Below are positions 7,899 to 16,575 of a DNA stretch of 25,744 bases, piece after piece. Each line of letters starts with the position of its first letter. The stretch's first letter is position 1. The notes under the pieces are model-generated. The model did not search any database. It worked only from the letters and a program-made list of their open reading frames with translations, and had not been told where the DNA came from. This DNA is from Chlamydiota bacterium. Its GTDB lineage: Bacteria > Chlamydiota > Chlamydiia > Chlamydiales > SM23-39. Both the position numbers and the translations under genes were made by a program. The stretch spans positions 1 through 25,744 of the forward strand of contig JBCAXK010000022.1 of assembly GCA_038534095.1 (NCBI GenBank). The letters are read 5' to 3'.

Positions 7899-8391
7899 GT
7901 TTATATTTTAATTGTTTATTGAATTATTAAAAGCTTTTCATTTCTTTTTATAAAAAAACGCTCTAATCAATAGATAATCAAAGACGTATAGAGAAAGCCC
8001 TTAGGACACGCCCCTTCTTTGCAATACAAACAATCTCTACTGAAAAATACTGCCAATAGGGATTGTTCTTAAGCAATTGTGTAAAATCGTTGTTTTTGCG
8101 TTTTACTTGGCAAAAAATATTGTTTTTCAATCACTTACGGTAACTTTTAGTAGAAAATTCTGAAAAAACCTGTTCCATCAATCTCCACCCAAAGCAACCG
8201 CCTATGATGGCCAGATATCTCCCCTTAGTGCATTGACAAGAGATTGTGTATGGAAGGATGTTTTGTTGAAAACTGCTCTTCATTTAGTAGGGGGCATGCA
8301 CAAACATCTACTACAGGTTCATTAAGAGCGCATGTGAGGTAAAGATATCTGAAGACATCTTTAGCCCCCAACAATCTATAGGAAAGAACAA

Positions 8392-10440
8392 CTAATAGGC
8401 ATGAAGACGACGAATGGCTTTTTCAATGGAAGCTTTAGAAGGTAAAACAGCTTCTTCTAACTCTTTAGCATAAGGAATCGGAAGATCTAATGCTCCTAAA
8501 CGGACGATGGGCGCGTCGAGGTAGCAAAAATCTTCTGAAGAGATGATCGCCGCAATTTCTGCCCCCACCCCTGCAAATAGAGGCGCTTCTTGCAAAATAC
8601 AGACTTTCCCGGTTTTTCTTACCGATTTTGAGAGAGTTTCCTTGTCTAGTGGAACAATCGTCCGAAGATCGATGATTTCACAAGAAATCCCCTCTTTTTG
8701 AAGCTTGGTCGCCACATCAGCAGCTAGAAAAGTCATCATGCCGTAGGTAATGAGCGTGAGATCGGAACCTGTTTGCACGATATTTGCCTGCCCAAATGGG
8801 AGGTATTCGGGAACAGAGGAGAGAGCTCGAGCAGAAAAAACCCGCTGCCTATAAAGAGCCTTATGCTCCAAAAAAATCACAGGATTTGGATCACGGATTG
8901 CTGTTTTCATCAGACTTTTTGCGTCAGCAGCGTTGCTCGGGATCACCACTTTTAACCCTGGGCAGTGGGCAAAAATTGCCTCTATTCTTTGAGAGTGGTA
9001 CGGCCCTCCCTGAATATAGGCTCCATAAGGCATGCGAATGGTAACAGGAGCCGTCGATAGTCCTGAAGACCTGTAGTGGATGCTCGAGAGTTCGTTGATG
9101 ATTTGGTTCATGGCGGTCCAAGAATAATCACAAAATTGAATTTCAGCGACGGGGCGGAAAGCGCCGCTAAGCCCTAAACCGATCGCAAGACCCACAATGG
9201 TCGATTCGGCCAAGGGGGTATTGAAACAGCGAGACTCACCAAACCTTTCTGTAAGAGCGCGGGTCACCCCAAAAACGCCCCCTTTCCCTTTCGCTACATC
9301 TTGTCCAAAGACAAGCACAGAGGGATCGGCTTCCATCTCTTCAACAAGAGCCTCATTAAGAGCATCGACCATCACAACCGGCTCTTCTTGTAGAGCCTTC
9401 TTAGTACAAATAGCTCCATTTGGTGGAGAGTAAGGAGAAAAAAGATGCTCGGCTACCTTTTTGGGAGAAGGTTTGGCTACCTTTTCTGCAGCAGCAACGG
9501 CTCTTTCCACCTCTTGCAAAGCCTTGTCTTGGAGGGCCTCAAGAGCGTTTTGATCAAGATACCCCTCCCCCAAAGCCCATTTTGTGACAGCTGGCAAGGG
9601 ATCTCTTGCAAGATCTTCTTGGATCTCTTGATCGGTTTTGTATTTTTGGTGATCATCAGAGCTAGAATGAGCGCCTATCCTAGGGATTTTCGCAATGATT
9701 GTGCTTGGACCTTTCTCTTCCCTTGCTCGACGGATCGCAGTAGAGAGCGCTTGAGCCGTTTCTACGTATTTGGTTCCATCAACAAGATGAACAGCCATAT
9801 TCGGATACCCTGAGGCAATATTGCTCACGCAGCCTCCAGTGGTTTGCTCTTCTGATCGGACAGAAATTGCCCACCCATTATCCTGAATCACAAAAAGCAC
9901 CGGCAAAGAGCGGAGAGAAGCGTAGTTCATCGCTTCATGAAAATCCCCTTGTGAAGTGCCCCCTTCTCCCGAAGAGACGTACACCACTTCCTTCTTTCCT
10001 TGGAGTTTGATCGCTTGCGCTAATCCGGTTGCTTGTAAAAATTGGGATCCGACAACACTCGACTGGACAGGAATCCTGAAAGCGGGGTGACAAAAATGAT
10101 CGGGCATCATTCTTCCTGAAGAGTGGTGGGGGGAATCTTTGGCTAGAAAAGCAGAAAAAATTTCTATGAGAGGGGCTCCAAGACCAATAGGAAAGCTCCG
10201 ATCCCGGTAGTAGGGAAAAGCCCAATCGGTCCCTGACTGTAGCAATTTTGCCGAAAGAATCCCAATGAGCTCATGCCCTCTAGAATCTAGGTGAAAGGAT
10301 CCCCCTTTGTTCTGCCGAACAAGCTTGCTCATTTTTTCATCGGTATAACGTGCGATAAGAAGGGACTCTAGAAGAGATCGCACAAAAGAAGAACTTAGGT
10401 AGCTCTCCTTCTGTAGAGTACTTGTTGTAAAAAGTTCCAT
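8392..10440 (-). CDS. pdhAB: 2-oxoisovalerate (2-oxoacid) dehydrogenase E1, fused alpha/beta subunits
   Basis: TPP-binding GEGGTSQGDFHEAMNYA...DN and HSSSDD in the alpha half. GQDV, GGVFGVT, FNTPLAE, AEIQF, GGPYHSQ and IDLRT in the beta half. The fusion is typical of chlamydiae. Confidence 0.93.
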   Translation of the reverse strand: MELFTTSTLQKESYLSSSFVRSLLESLLIARYTDEKMSKLVRQNKGGSFHLDSRGHELIGILSAKLLQSGTDWAFPYYRDRSFPIGLGAPLIEIFSAFLAKDSPHHSSGRMMPDHFCHPAFRIPVQSSVVGSQFLQATGLAQAIKLQGKKEVVYVSSGEGGTSQGDFHEAMNYASLRSLPVLFVIQDNGWAISVRSEEQTTGGCVSNIASGYPNMAVHLVDGTKYVETAQALSTAIRRAREEKGPSTIIAKIPRIGAHSSSDDHQKYKTDQEIQEDLARDPLPAVTKWALGEGYLDQNALEALQDKALQEVERAVAAAEKVAKPSPKKVAEHLFSPYSPPNGAICTKKALQEEPVVMVDALNEALVEEMEADPSVLVFGQDVAKGKGGVFGVTRALTERFGESRCFNTPLAESTIVGLAIGLGLSGAFRPVAEIQFCDYSWTAMNQIINELSSIHYRSSGLSTAPVTIRMPYGAYIQGGPYHSQRIEAIFAHCPGLKVVIPSNAADAKSLMKTAIRDPNPVIFLEHKALYRQRVFSARALSSVPEYLPFGQANIVQTGSDLTLITYGMMTFLAADVATKLQKEGISCEIIDLRTIVPLDKETLSKSVRKTGKVCILQEAPLFAGVGAEIAAIISSEDFCYLDAPIVRLGALDLPIPYAKELEEAVLPSKASIEKAIRRLHAY

Positions 10441-10449
10441 AATAAAAAA

Positions 10450-11568
10450 TTAGGAGGATTTCTTTTTGATTTGGGTCACTTTCTTGATCGAAAAATTCTT
10501 CCGCTTTTTCTTTGGATATTCTTCTTCTTGCTCTTTAGAGCGTTTCCGCTTTTTCGGAAGAACGTCTTCAAGAGCAGCCTCCATTTTATCCTCTTGATCA
10601 TTTTGCACAGAAATTTCCGCATCTTTTTTGAATTTTGGCTGCAAAAAAGGTTGGAAGGATTTTTGCTCTTTGCCAAGAAGTTTTTTTTCAGAACCAGAAA
10701 ACTTGCTAGAGAGGAGTCTTAACGACTCTAACCGTTCTGAAAGCGCTTCTAAGCGCTCATCGACTTTGATTCTTTCCGAACCGCGAAGGCTTTTTAAAAG
10801 ATCGGCTTCTGTTTCAAATTTTGCAGAAAAGGTAACAGAAGAAGCGCCGCGGATATCGGGCAGGTATAAAAAATGGCGAACAGCTGAAGGAACGGTTGTA
10901 TAAATATCCACCGTAAGCTGCGGCTCAATCTCAATTTTTGCCGACTGTTTCGGAGGCCGGCCCCGTTTTGGTCTGGGATTGAGCGCTTCGTTCGAATAGT
11001 ATGTTTTCGCTTTTTGCCCTAAAGCCGTTCTAGCGGTAAGAACCTCTTTAGGGGCTTTTTTATCAAAAAGATGCCGTTTGATCTTTTCCATAAGAGGTTT
11101 TTGAATGTCGAGATCCTCTTCGAATACAAAATGGATCTCTTCAGAGCGGAGCCACTCAATGATGTGGATGCGAGAACGCTCTTGATAAAATTGCTGCCAC
11201 TTTTCGAGCTCTGTGAGGTGATCGTAGATGAATTCTAAAAAATTTTCCCTTGCTTCTTTGGCTCCAATAATATCGAGCAACTTTTCTTTTGTATCGATAT
11301 CATACACCTTCTCATTCACAAAACCTTCCATAATTTTTTTGACTTCGTAGAAGGTCATTTTCGGAATAAGAACGTAGCGGTCTCTATGCTCTTTCACCTC
11401 GTCTAGAAGAGGGAAAAGATCTTCTTCACTTTTGTCAAGGTCCGCATACACCAAAAAACCTTCCACCCGGTCTAAATAAAAATCTCTTTCATCATCTGAT
11501 TTCGCAAAGGCGTCCATCAGACGATTGTAACTTAAAATAAGGGGATTGTTTGCTTGGGGATAGCTCAT
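10450..11568 (-). CDS. UPF0158 family protein (chlamydial conserved protein)
   Basis: RLMDAFAKSDDERDFYLDRVEGF and YYSNEALNPRPKRGRPPKQ, recognised from chlamydial UPF0158 proteins. Confidence 0.85.
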   Translation of the reverse strand: MSYPQANNPLILSYNRLMDAFAKSDDERDFYLDRVEGFLVYADLDKSEEDLFPLLDEVKEHRDRYVLIPKMTFYEVKKIMEGFVNEKVYDIDTKEKLLDIIGAKEARENFLEFIYDHLTELEKWQQFYQERSRIHIIEWLRSEEIHFVFEEDLDIQKPLMEKIKRHLFDKKAPKEVLTARTALGQKAKTYYSNEALNPRPKRGRPPKQSAKIEIEPQLTVDIYTTVPSAVRHFLYLPDIRGASSVTFSAKFETEADLLKSLRGSERIKVDERLEALSERLESLRLLSSKFSGSEKKLLGKEQKSFQPFLQPKFKKDAEISVQNDQEDKMEAALEDVLPKKRKRSKEQEEEYPKKKRKNFSIKKVTQIKKKSS

Positions 11569-11646
11569 GAAAATCTCTAACAGTTGCAGTTTCTCTATGC
11601 TATACTGTAACAGATTCTTAGGAAGTATTTCAAGATTTTGTCAATA

Positions 11647-11676
11647 TTGACGAAATTTAGAAAAGTCTTCTATAGT
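11647..11676 (+). promoter_or_regulatory. Putative sigma66 promoter of serS
   Basis: TTGACG-18 bp-TATAGT, ~47 bp upstream of the ATG. Confidence 0.55.
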
Positions 11677-11722
11677 TTTTTATATTTATTTCTCAGAATT
11701 TCACGTTAGGAACAAGAGGCCC

Positions 11723-13003
11723 ATGTTAGATATTGCCTTTCTTAGAAAAGAAACCAAGAAGGCTACAGCCGCTCTTCAAGGCAAAATCCCCAATCTTTCT
11801 CTTGAGGAGGTCCTTTCTCTAGATCAAAAGCTCAAAGAAGCGGTCACCCATTTAGAGTCGTTAAAAGCGAGGCAAAACGTAGCCTCTAAGCTGATTGGAG
11901 AAAAAAAGCGTCTTCAAGAGGATGTGTCAAATGTCCTTGCCGATATGAAAAATCTACGCGCAGAGATCCAAGAGTGGCAGGATAAAGTGCAGGAACTGCG
12001 CCCCGAATTTCAAACGGCTTTGGACAAACTCCCGAACATCCCCAAAAAAGAAGTTCCCGTATCTCCTGATCCGATCGATAATGTTTGTGTAAAGACCGTC
12101 GGGGAAAAACCCTCCTTTTCGTTTCCTATCAAAAACCATCTTGAACTTGGCACTGCGTTAGGGCTGTTCGATTTTAAAAAAAGTGCGAAAATCACAGGAT
12201 CAAACTGGCCTCTTTACACAGGGGAAGGCGCCCGGTTAGAAAGAGCGCTCCTAAGTTACATGTTAGACGTTCACCACAAAAATGGTTTTACTGAAATCAT
12301 GCCTCCCCTACTTGTTAATGGTCGCACCATGCACGGCGCAGGCCAACTCCCAAAATTTCGTGATCAGCTCTTCTCCCTTGGAGATGAGCAGTTCCCTTTC
12401 TATTTAATCCCTACTGCTGAAGTGCCATTAAACGGACTCCACCAAGAAGAAATTCTCGATACTCTTCCAAAATTGTACACAGCCTACACTCCCTGTTTTC
12501 GACGAGAAGCGGGCGCTTTAGGGAAGCAAGAACGGGGACTGATTCGGATGCACCAGTTCAATAAGGTTGAGCTTTTTTGCGTCTGCTCTGCAGAAAATGC
12601 TGAAGAGATGTTTGAGAAAATGCTCCTATCTGCTGAAGAGGTTTTACAAGGTCTTGGCCTCCACTACCGCAATATGCTTCTTGTCACGGGAGACCTTTCT
12701 TTTGCTTCCGAAAAAACGATCGATATCGAAGCGTTTCTTCCTGCGCAAAACCGGTACTACGAAGTCTCTTCGGTCTCTTCTTGTGGAGATTTTCAAGCAA
12801 GAAGAGCAAAAATCCGCGTTCGCACCCCATCTGGAGTCAAATACGCGCACACTCTGAACGGCTCTGGCCTAGCTACGTCCCGTTTGCTTGTTGCTCTTTT
12901 AGAAACATGTCAAAAAGAGGACGGGTCGGTGCAGGTTCCAGAGGTTCTCGGTCCCTACTTGCAAGGCTCCTCTTTGATCCTTCAAAAAGCAGCAACCGCA
13001 TGA
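11723..13003 (+). CDS. serS: Serine--tRNA ligase
   Basis: MLDI start, N-terminal coiled coil, LIPTAEVPL, CFRREAG, RGLIRMHQFNKVE, EVSSVS, HTLNGSGLA. Confidence 0.98.
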   Translation: MLDIAFLRKETKKATAALQGKIPNLSLEEVLSLDQKLKEAVTHLESLKARQNVASKLIGEKKRLQEDVSNVLADMKNLRAEIQEWQDKVQELRPEFQTALDKLPNIPKKEVPVSPDPIDNVCVKTVGEKPSFSFPIKNHLELGTALGLFDFKKSAKITGSNWPLYTGEGARLERALLSYMLDVHHKNGFTEIMPPLLVNGRTMHGAGQLPKFRDQLFSLGDEQFPFYLIPTAEVPLNGLHQEEILDTLPKLYTAYTPCFRREAGALGKQERGLIRMHQFNKVELFCVCSAENAEEMFEKMLLSAEEVLQGLGLHYRNMLLVTGDLSFASEKTIDIEAFLPAQNRYYEVSSVSSCGDFQARRAKIRVRTPSGVKYAHTLNGSGLATSRLLVALLETCQKEDGSVQVPEVLGPYLQGSSLILQKAATA

Positions 13004-13767
13004 AAGAAAATGGAGAAAGTTCCCCGAAAAACCCCTCCCATTTTCAAGGAAAAACGCCTATAGACCATCTGGTTGATGCGCGAAAAAAGGGGAGTTTTTT
13101 CACCCAAGAGACGCACGGCTCGGAGATTTCAGGTCATGTGTATGCGCTCTTTCTCTCCGTCCAAGAAATTGTTGCCCTTTACCTGATTCTTCTCCCTTGC
13201 TTCACGCGCAACCTTCTCCCTTTTTACCCCTCGTTTTTGATCATTTTCCTCTCTTACGCCTTGTGGAGAACCTCTTCCTCTTTAGTCCGAGGATACGCCC
13301 AGCTACGCCGCTTGCATAAGCTCATCGAAGAGGAACACTGGGAAATCACCCACCACCGGGAACAAGAGCGTGAAGAACTCTACGCACTTTATGAAGCCAA
13401 AGGTTTTTCTGGGCCGATCCTCGATGAGATCATCACGACGCTCATGAGCGACGATAATCGCCTTTTGGAGGTGATGCTCACAGAAGAAATCGGCCTGAAA
13501 AGAGGCATTTATGATCATCCTTTGCAAGCAGGAGTCTCTGCTTTTTTCGCAAGTGTATCCGCTCCATTGTTACTAGGTGCTTGCTTTGTGTTGATCAGCC
13601 CGATAGCGAGCGCTTTTTGCGCGCTTCTTCTCTTGGCTTTCATTGGATTTGCTTCTGGCAAAAAGGAAAAGGCTCCATCATTGACCACCACCGTTTGGCT
13701 CCTTTCTTCCGCCATTTTCTTGCATGTAGCAAGTCACCTGTTTCTCTCCCTTTTTTACCAGGGATAA
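13000..13767 (+). CDS. VIT1/CCC1 family Fe/Mn transporter-like membrane protein
   Basis: EREELYALYEAKGF...LLEVMLTEEIGL cytosolic domain plus hydrophobic helices. ATG 13000 overlaps the serS stop (ATGA). Confidence 0.75.
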   Translation: MKENGESSPKNPSHFQGKTPIDHLVDARKKGSFFTQETHGSEISGHVYALFLSVQEIVALYLILLPCFTRNLLPFYPSFLIIFLSYALWRTSSSLVRGYAQLRRLHKLIEEEHWEITHHREQEREELYALYEAKGFSGPILDEIITTLMSDDNRLLEVMLTEEIGLKRGIYDHPLQAGVSAFFASVSAPLLLGACFVLISPIASAFCALLLLAFIGFASGKKEKAPSLTTTVWLLSSAIFLHVASHLFLSLFYQG

Positions 13768-13772
13768 CCGTT

Positions 13773-15707
13773 ATGACCCCCTATCTATTCACCGAATTTT
13801 TTCGCTCTGGATTTGAAGACAGCAAAAGCCCGTTTTTGACAAAAAAAGCGCAAACGTGGGCCAAACACATTCCTGTAAAAAAAGCGTTTTTTTCTCTTTT
13901 TTGTTTTGTTCTGAGCCTGTTTTTTTCTTTTTTTTCCCCTCCCCTTAGCCTCTTTTTTTTAGCGAGCGTCTATTTTCTAAGCGGCACGAGCGCCATTTTA
14001 GGGGGTATAGAAGACCTTTGTAATTTAGAAATCAACATCGATACGCTGATGACCCTTGCCGCCTTCATTGCTCTTTTTCTTGGTTCAGGTTTAGAGGGAG
14101 CCCTTCTCCTTGTGCTGTTTGAGCTATCGGGCGCGATCGAATCGTCTGTCACAAAAAAAGCGGGCAGCGCTCTTGAGAACTTGCATCAGATCACGCCACA
14201 AAAAGCGCTCATCGTAGAAAACAACAAAGCCCCTTTCGAAAAGTCGGTCCGAGATATTGTTTTGGGAGAAAGCATCTTTGTCAAAGTGGGAGAATATATC
14301 CCCTTAGATGGGGTCATTCTTGAAGGAGAGTCTTTGTTCGATCTTGCCCACCTTACAGGTGAAAGCCTCCCTGTTTCTCGGAAAAAAGGGGACTTTGTTC
14401 CTGCAGGAGCAAAAAATCAGAACGCTTCGGTTGTTTTGTCGGTCACAAAAAACTCGGGGGAATCGACTCTTAGCCGGATGATTGATCTGATTCAAAAAGC
14501 GGCTTCCCAAAAGCCCCAAATAGAACGAACGATCGATCATTTTGGAAAAATCTACTCTTTATGTGTTGTCACCATTTCTGCTTGTTTAGCCTCCTTTCTT
14601 CCTCTCATCAGCTCTCTTCCCTACTTAGGAAGTGAAGGGGCCATTTACCGGGCATTAACATTTTTGATCACAGCTTCCCCTTGCGCTCTTGTGATTGGCG
14701 CTCCCCTGGCCTATCTAGCCTCTCTGTCTGCTTGCGCAAAAAAAGGGATTTTGATGAAAGGGGGCGCGATTTTTGATGCATTTTCTGCGTGTGAGAGCAT
14801 CTGCTTTGATAAGACAGGCACGTTAACAAGTGGGAAAATAGAGATCACCAACTTCAGACAAATTGCAGGAAAGCCTCTTCCCAAAAAAACCGCTCTCAGC
14901 GTCCTAAAAAGCTTGGAAAGACCGGTGACTCACCCTATTGCAAACGCAGTAGAAACCTTTACCTCTTCTTTGCCTGTTTATCCTGTAAAGCATTTTTCTG
15001 AAGTTTTAGGAGAAGGGGTGCAAGGAGATGTTCTTACCGAAACGGGACCCCTATTTGCCGCTGTAGGCAATGCTCGTTTTATGGAAACACATTGGAAAGG
15101 ACCTCTTCGGGTTCCCCCATCGAAAAAATCCTGCGCGTTTATGATGGTAAAAGAGGCCCTATTTGTGCTCGAATTTCACGACAGCATTCGGAAAGAGGCG
15201 CGCCTTCTTATAGAAGAGCTCCAAAAAAAACGGGGATTAAAAACCTTCATGCTAACAGGCGATGAAGAAAAAACCGCCTTTTCTGTGGCAAAAGAGCTCT
15301 CGATCGATGCCGTGTTTTCCCATCTCAAACCAGAAGATAAGCTCGATTTAGTCTCGAAACTTTCTAAAGATGCGGGGCTCATCATGGTGGGGGATGGAAT
15401 GAACGACGCCCCTTCTCTGGCAAGAGCCACTGTAGGAGTTGCCCTAGGAAAAGTGGGATCTTCTATGACCATGGAAGCGGCAGATGTGGTCCTCTTAACC
15501 GATCAAATCACCCATATTGGGTGGCTGCTCGAAAAGTCTTTTTCTACCCTGCGTATTGTAAGACAAAATCTTTTCCTTGCCCTAGGAGCCATCTTCATTG
15601 CTAGTAGTTTAGCTCTTTTCGGTGTCATGCCTCTTTGGCTATCGGTGATTTTGCACGAAGGGGGCACCATTTTGGTTGGGTGTAATAGCCTTCGATTATT
15701 GAAATAG
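13773..15707 (+). CDS. zntA: Heavy-metal P-type ATPase, P1B-4 subtype (usually annotated zntA/cadA in chlamydiae)
   Basis: LTGES, SPC, DKTGT, HP, GDGMND and HEGGT. Likely start is ATG 13773 (MTPYLF), 5 nt after the previous stop. Confidence 0.93.
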   Translation: MTPYLFTEFFRSGFEDSKSPFLTKKAQTWAKHIPVKKAFFSLFCFVLSLFFSFFSPPLSLFFLASVYFLSGTSAILGGIEDLCNLEINIDTLMTLAAFIALFLGSGLEGALLLVLFELSGAIESSVTKKAGSALENLHQITPQKALIVENNKAPFEKSVRDIVLGESIFVKVGEYIPLDGVILEGESLFDLAHLTGESLPVSRKKGDFVPAGAKNQNASVVLSVTKNSGESTLSRMIDLIQKAASQKPQIERTIDHFGKIYSLCVVTISACLASFLPLISSLPYLGSEGAIYRALTFLITASPCALVIGAPLAYLASLSACAKKGILMKGGAIFDAFSACESICFDKTGTLTSGKIEITNFRQIAGKPLPKKTALSVLKSLERPVTHPIANAVETFTSSLPVYPVKHFSEVLGEGVQGDVLTETGPLFAAVGNARFMETHWKGPLRVPPSKKSCAFMMVKEALFVLEFHDSIRKEARLLIEELQKKRGLKTFMLTGDEEKTAFSVAKELSIDAVFSHLKPEDKLDLVSKLSKDAGLIMVGDGMNDAPSLARATVGVALGKVGSSMTMEAADVVLLTDQITHIGWLLEKSFSTLRIVRQNLFLALGAIFIASSLALFGVMPLWLSVILHEGGTILVGCNSLRLLK

Positions 15708-15725
15708 AAAAGCTTTCGAGCTTTT
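15708..15725 (+). terminator. Short hairpin after the ATPase gene
   Basis: AAAAGCT-TTCG-AGCTTTT directly after the stop codon. Confidence 0.4.
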
Positions 15726-15834
15726 GCGCCTTACGTATTGCACAAAAGCGTTTGCCCATACCATAGAGCCGTCTTGATGAATATCCTTGCTTATTTTTTG
15801 ATATCCTATAAACTCGTTAAGAAAAAGGATTTTT

Positions 15835-16152
15835 ATGGTCACGATTGGTATTCAGCTTGTTATTCCTAATACAAGCGCTTCTCCTCAGGGCGATTACACT
15901 ATCCAGTTCGTTATTCCTACTGCAAGCGCCTCTCCTCAGGGCGAGCAGACTTCTAGAGAGGAGCAACAAACAAGTCGATCTACCTCTTCTAGAGTAAATC
16001 ACTATGTGCAAAATAACTTACCCCGATCGGCTGAAGGAGGAATCATTTGGCCGCAAGAGCAAAGAAGTTGGGTAAAAAAAGGGGAAACCGTCGCAGATTA
16101 CCTCAATGTACGGTTTGGAGAATTTGGGGAATTTCCTCAGTTCCCCCAATGA
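15835..16152 (+). CDS. Orphan protein, 105 aa, with a 17-aa tandem repeat
   Basis: ATG after AAGGA. The IQ.VIP..SASPQG repeat shows synonymous differences between its two copies. Confidence 0.65.
   Translation: MVTIGIQLVIPNTSASPQGDYTIQFVIPTASASPQGEQTSREEQQTSRSTSSRVNHYVQNNLPRSAEGGIIWPQEQRSWVKKGETVADYLNVRFGEFGEFPQFPQ
15850..15944. repeat. Intragenic direct repeat with 51-bp period
   Basis: 15850-15893 aligns to 15901-15944. Confidence 0.9.
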
Positions 16153-16575
16153 TAGCCTTAGGGAAAAAGTGGTCGTCTTACCTGTAAGAGAGTAATCTTC
16201 ATCTCTTGTCTATGAACGCTCCTTAATCCGTCTATACTGGTGCGATTTCTCGATGCAACTTGTATCCCCCTCTTTGCCAAATCAAGGCAAAGGGAAGATA
16301 CCTACTTTTTGCAGAGATCTCATTTTTCTCGAGAGGCGCAAGCAAGGTCAGAATAAACTCTAGAATAAATTAAGCTTTCCTTTTGCATGATCTTTGCAAG
16401 CCCACATTTCAAGCGCGAAAACGCTCCTTTCTCTAATTTACAAATACGACAAACTGCTCTCTCGCATCTCCCATTTTTTGTCGGGCAAAATGCCTTCTAA
16501 GCTGGCGTGATTTTTTTATTAAAGTTTTCTTTTACTTTGTGCTATAAATTTTTCCTTATTGAATCGTAAGGTAGC

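Larger units (their letters stand above)
4793..8220. repeat. Three diverged tandem copies of a ~1.18-kb unit (A ~4793-5977, B ~5978-7153, C ~7154-8220)
   Basis: Identical 24-mer at 4797, 5983 and 7159. Identical 36-mer at 5482, 6675 and 7863. Paralogous ORFs and alignable intergenic DNA; homology fades near 8220. Confidence 0.95.

Noticed and set aside
4793..8220. Repeat unit as an IS element, integron cassette array or retron
   Set aside because: No transposase, integrase or reverse transcriptase in the window. No terminal inverted repeats, target duplications or attC pattern seen, and each unit has its own promoter.
8392..10440. E1 alpha/beta fusion as a novelty
   Set aside because: This fusion is already known in chlamydiae and other bacteria.
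12781..13772. Long 5' extensions given by the ORF track for the VIT1 and ATPase genes (similar for hrcA, dnaK, yycJ)
   Set aside because: They overlap upstream genes or promoters. Downstream ATGs fit RBS position or translational coupling better.
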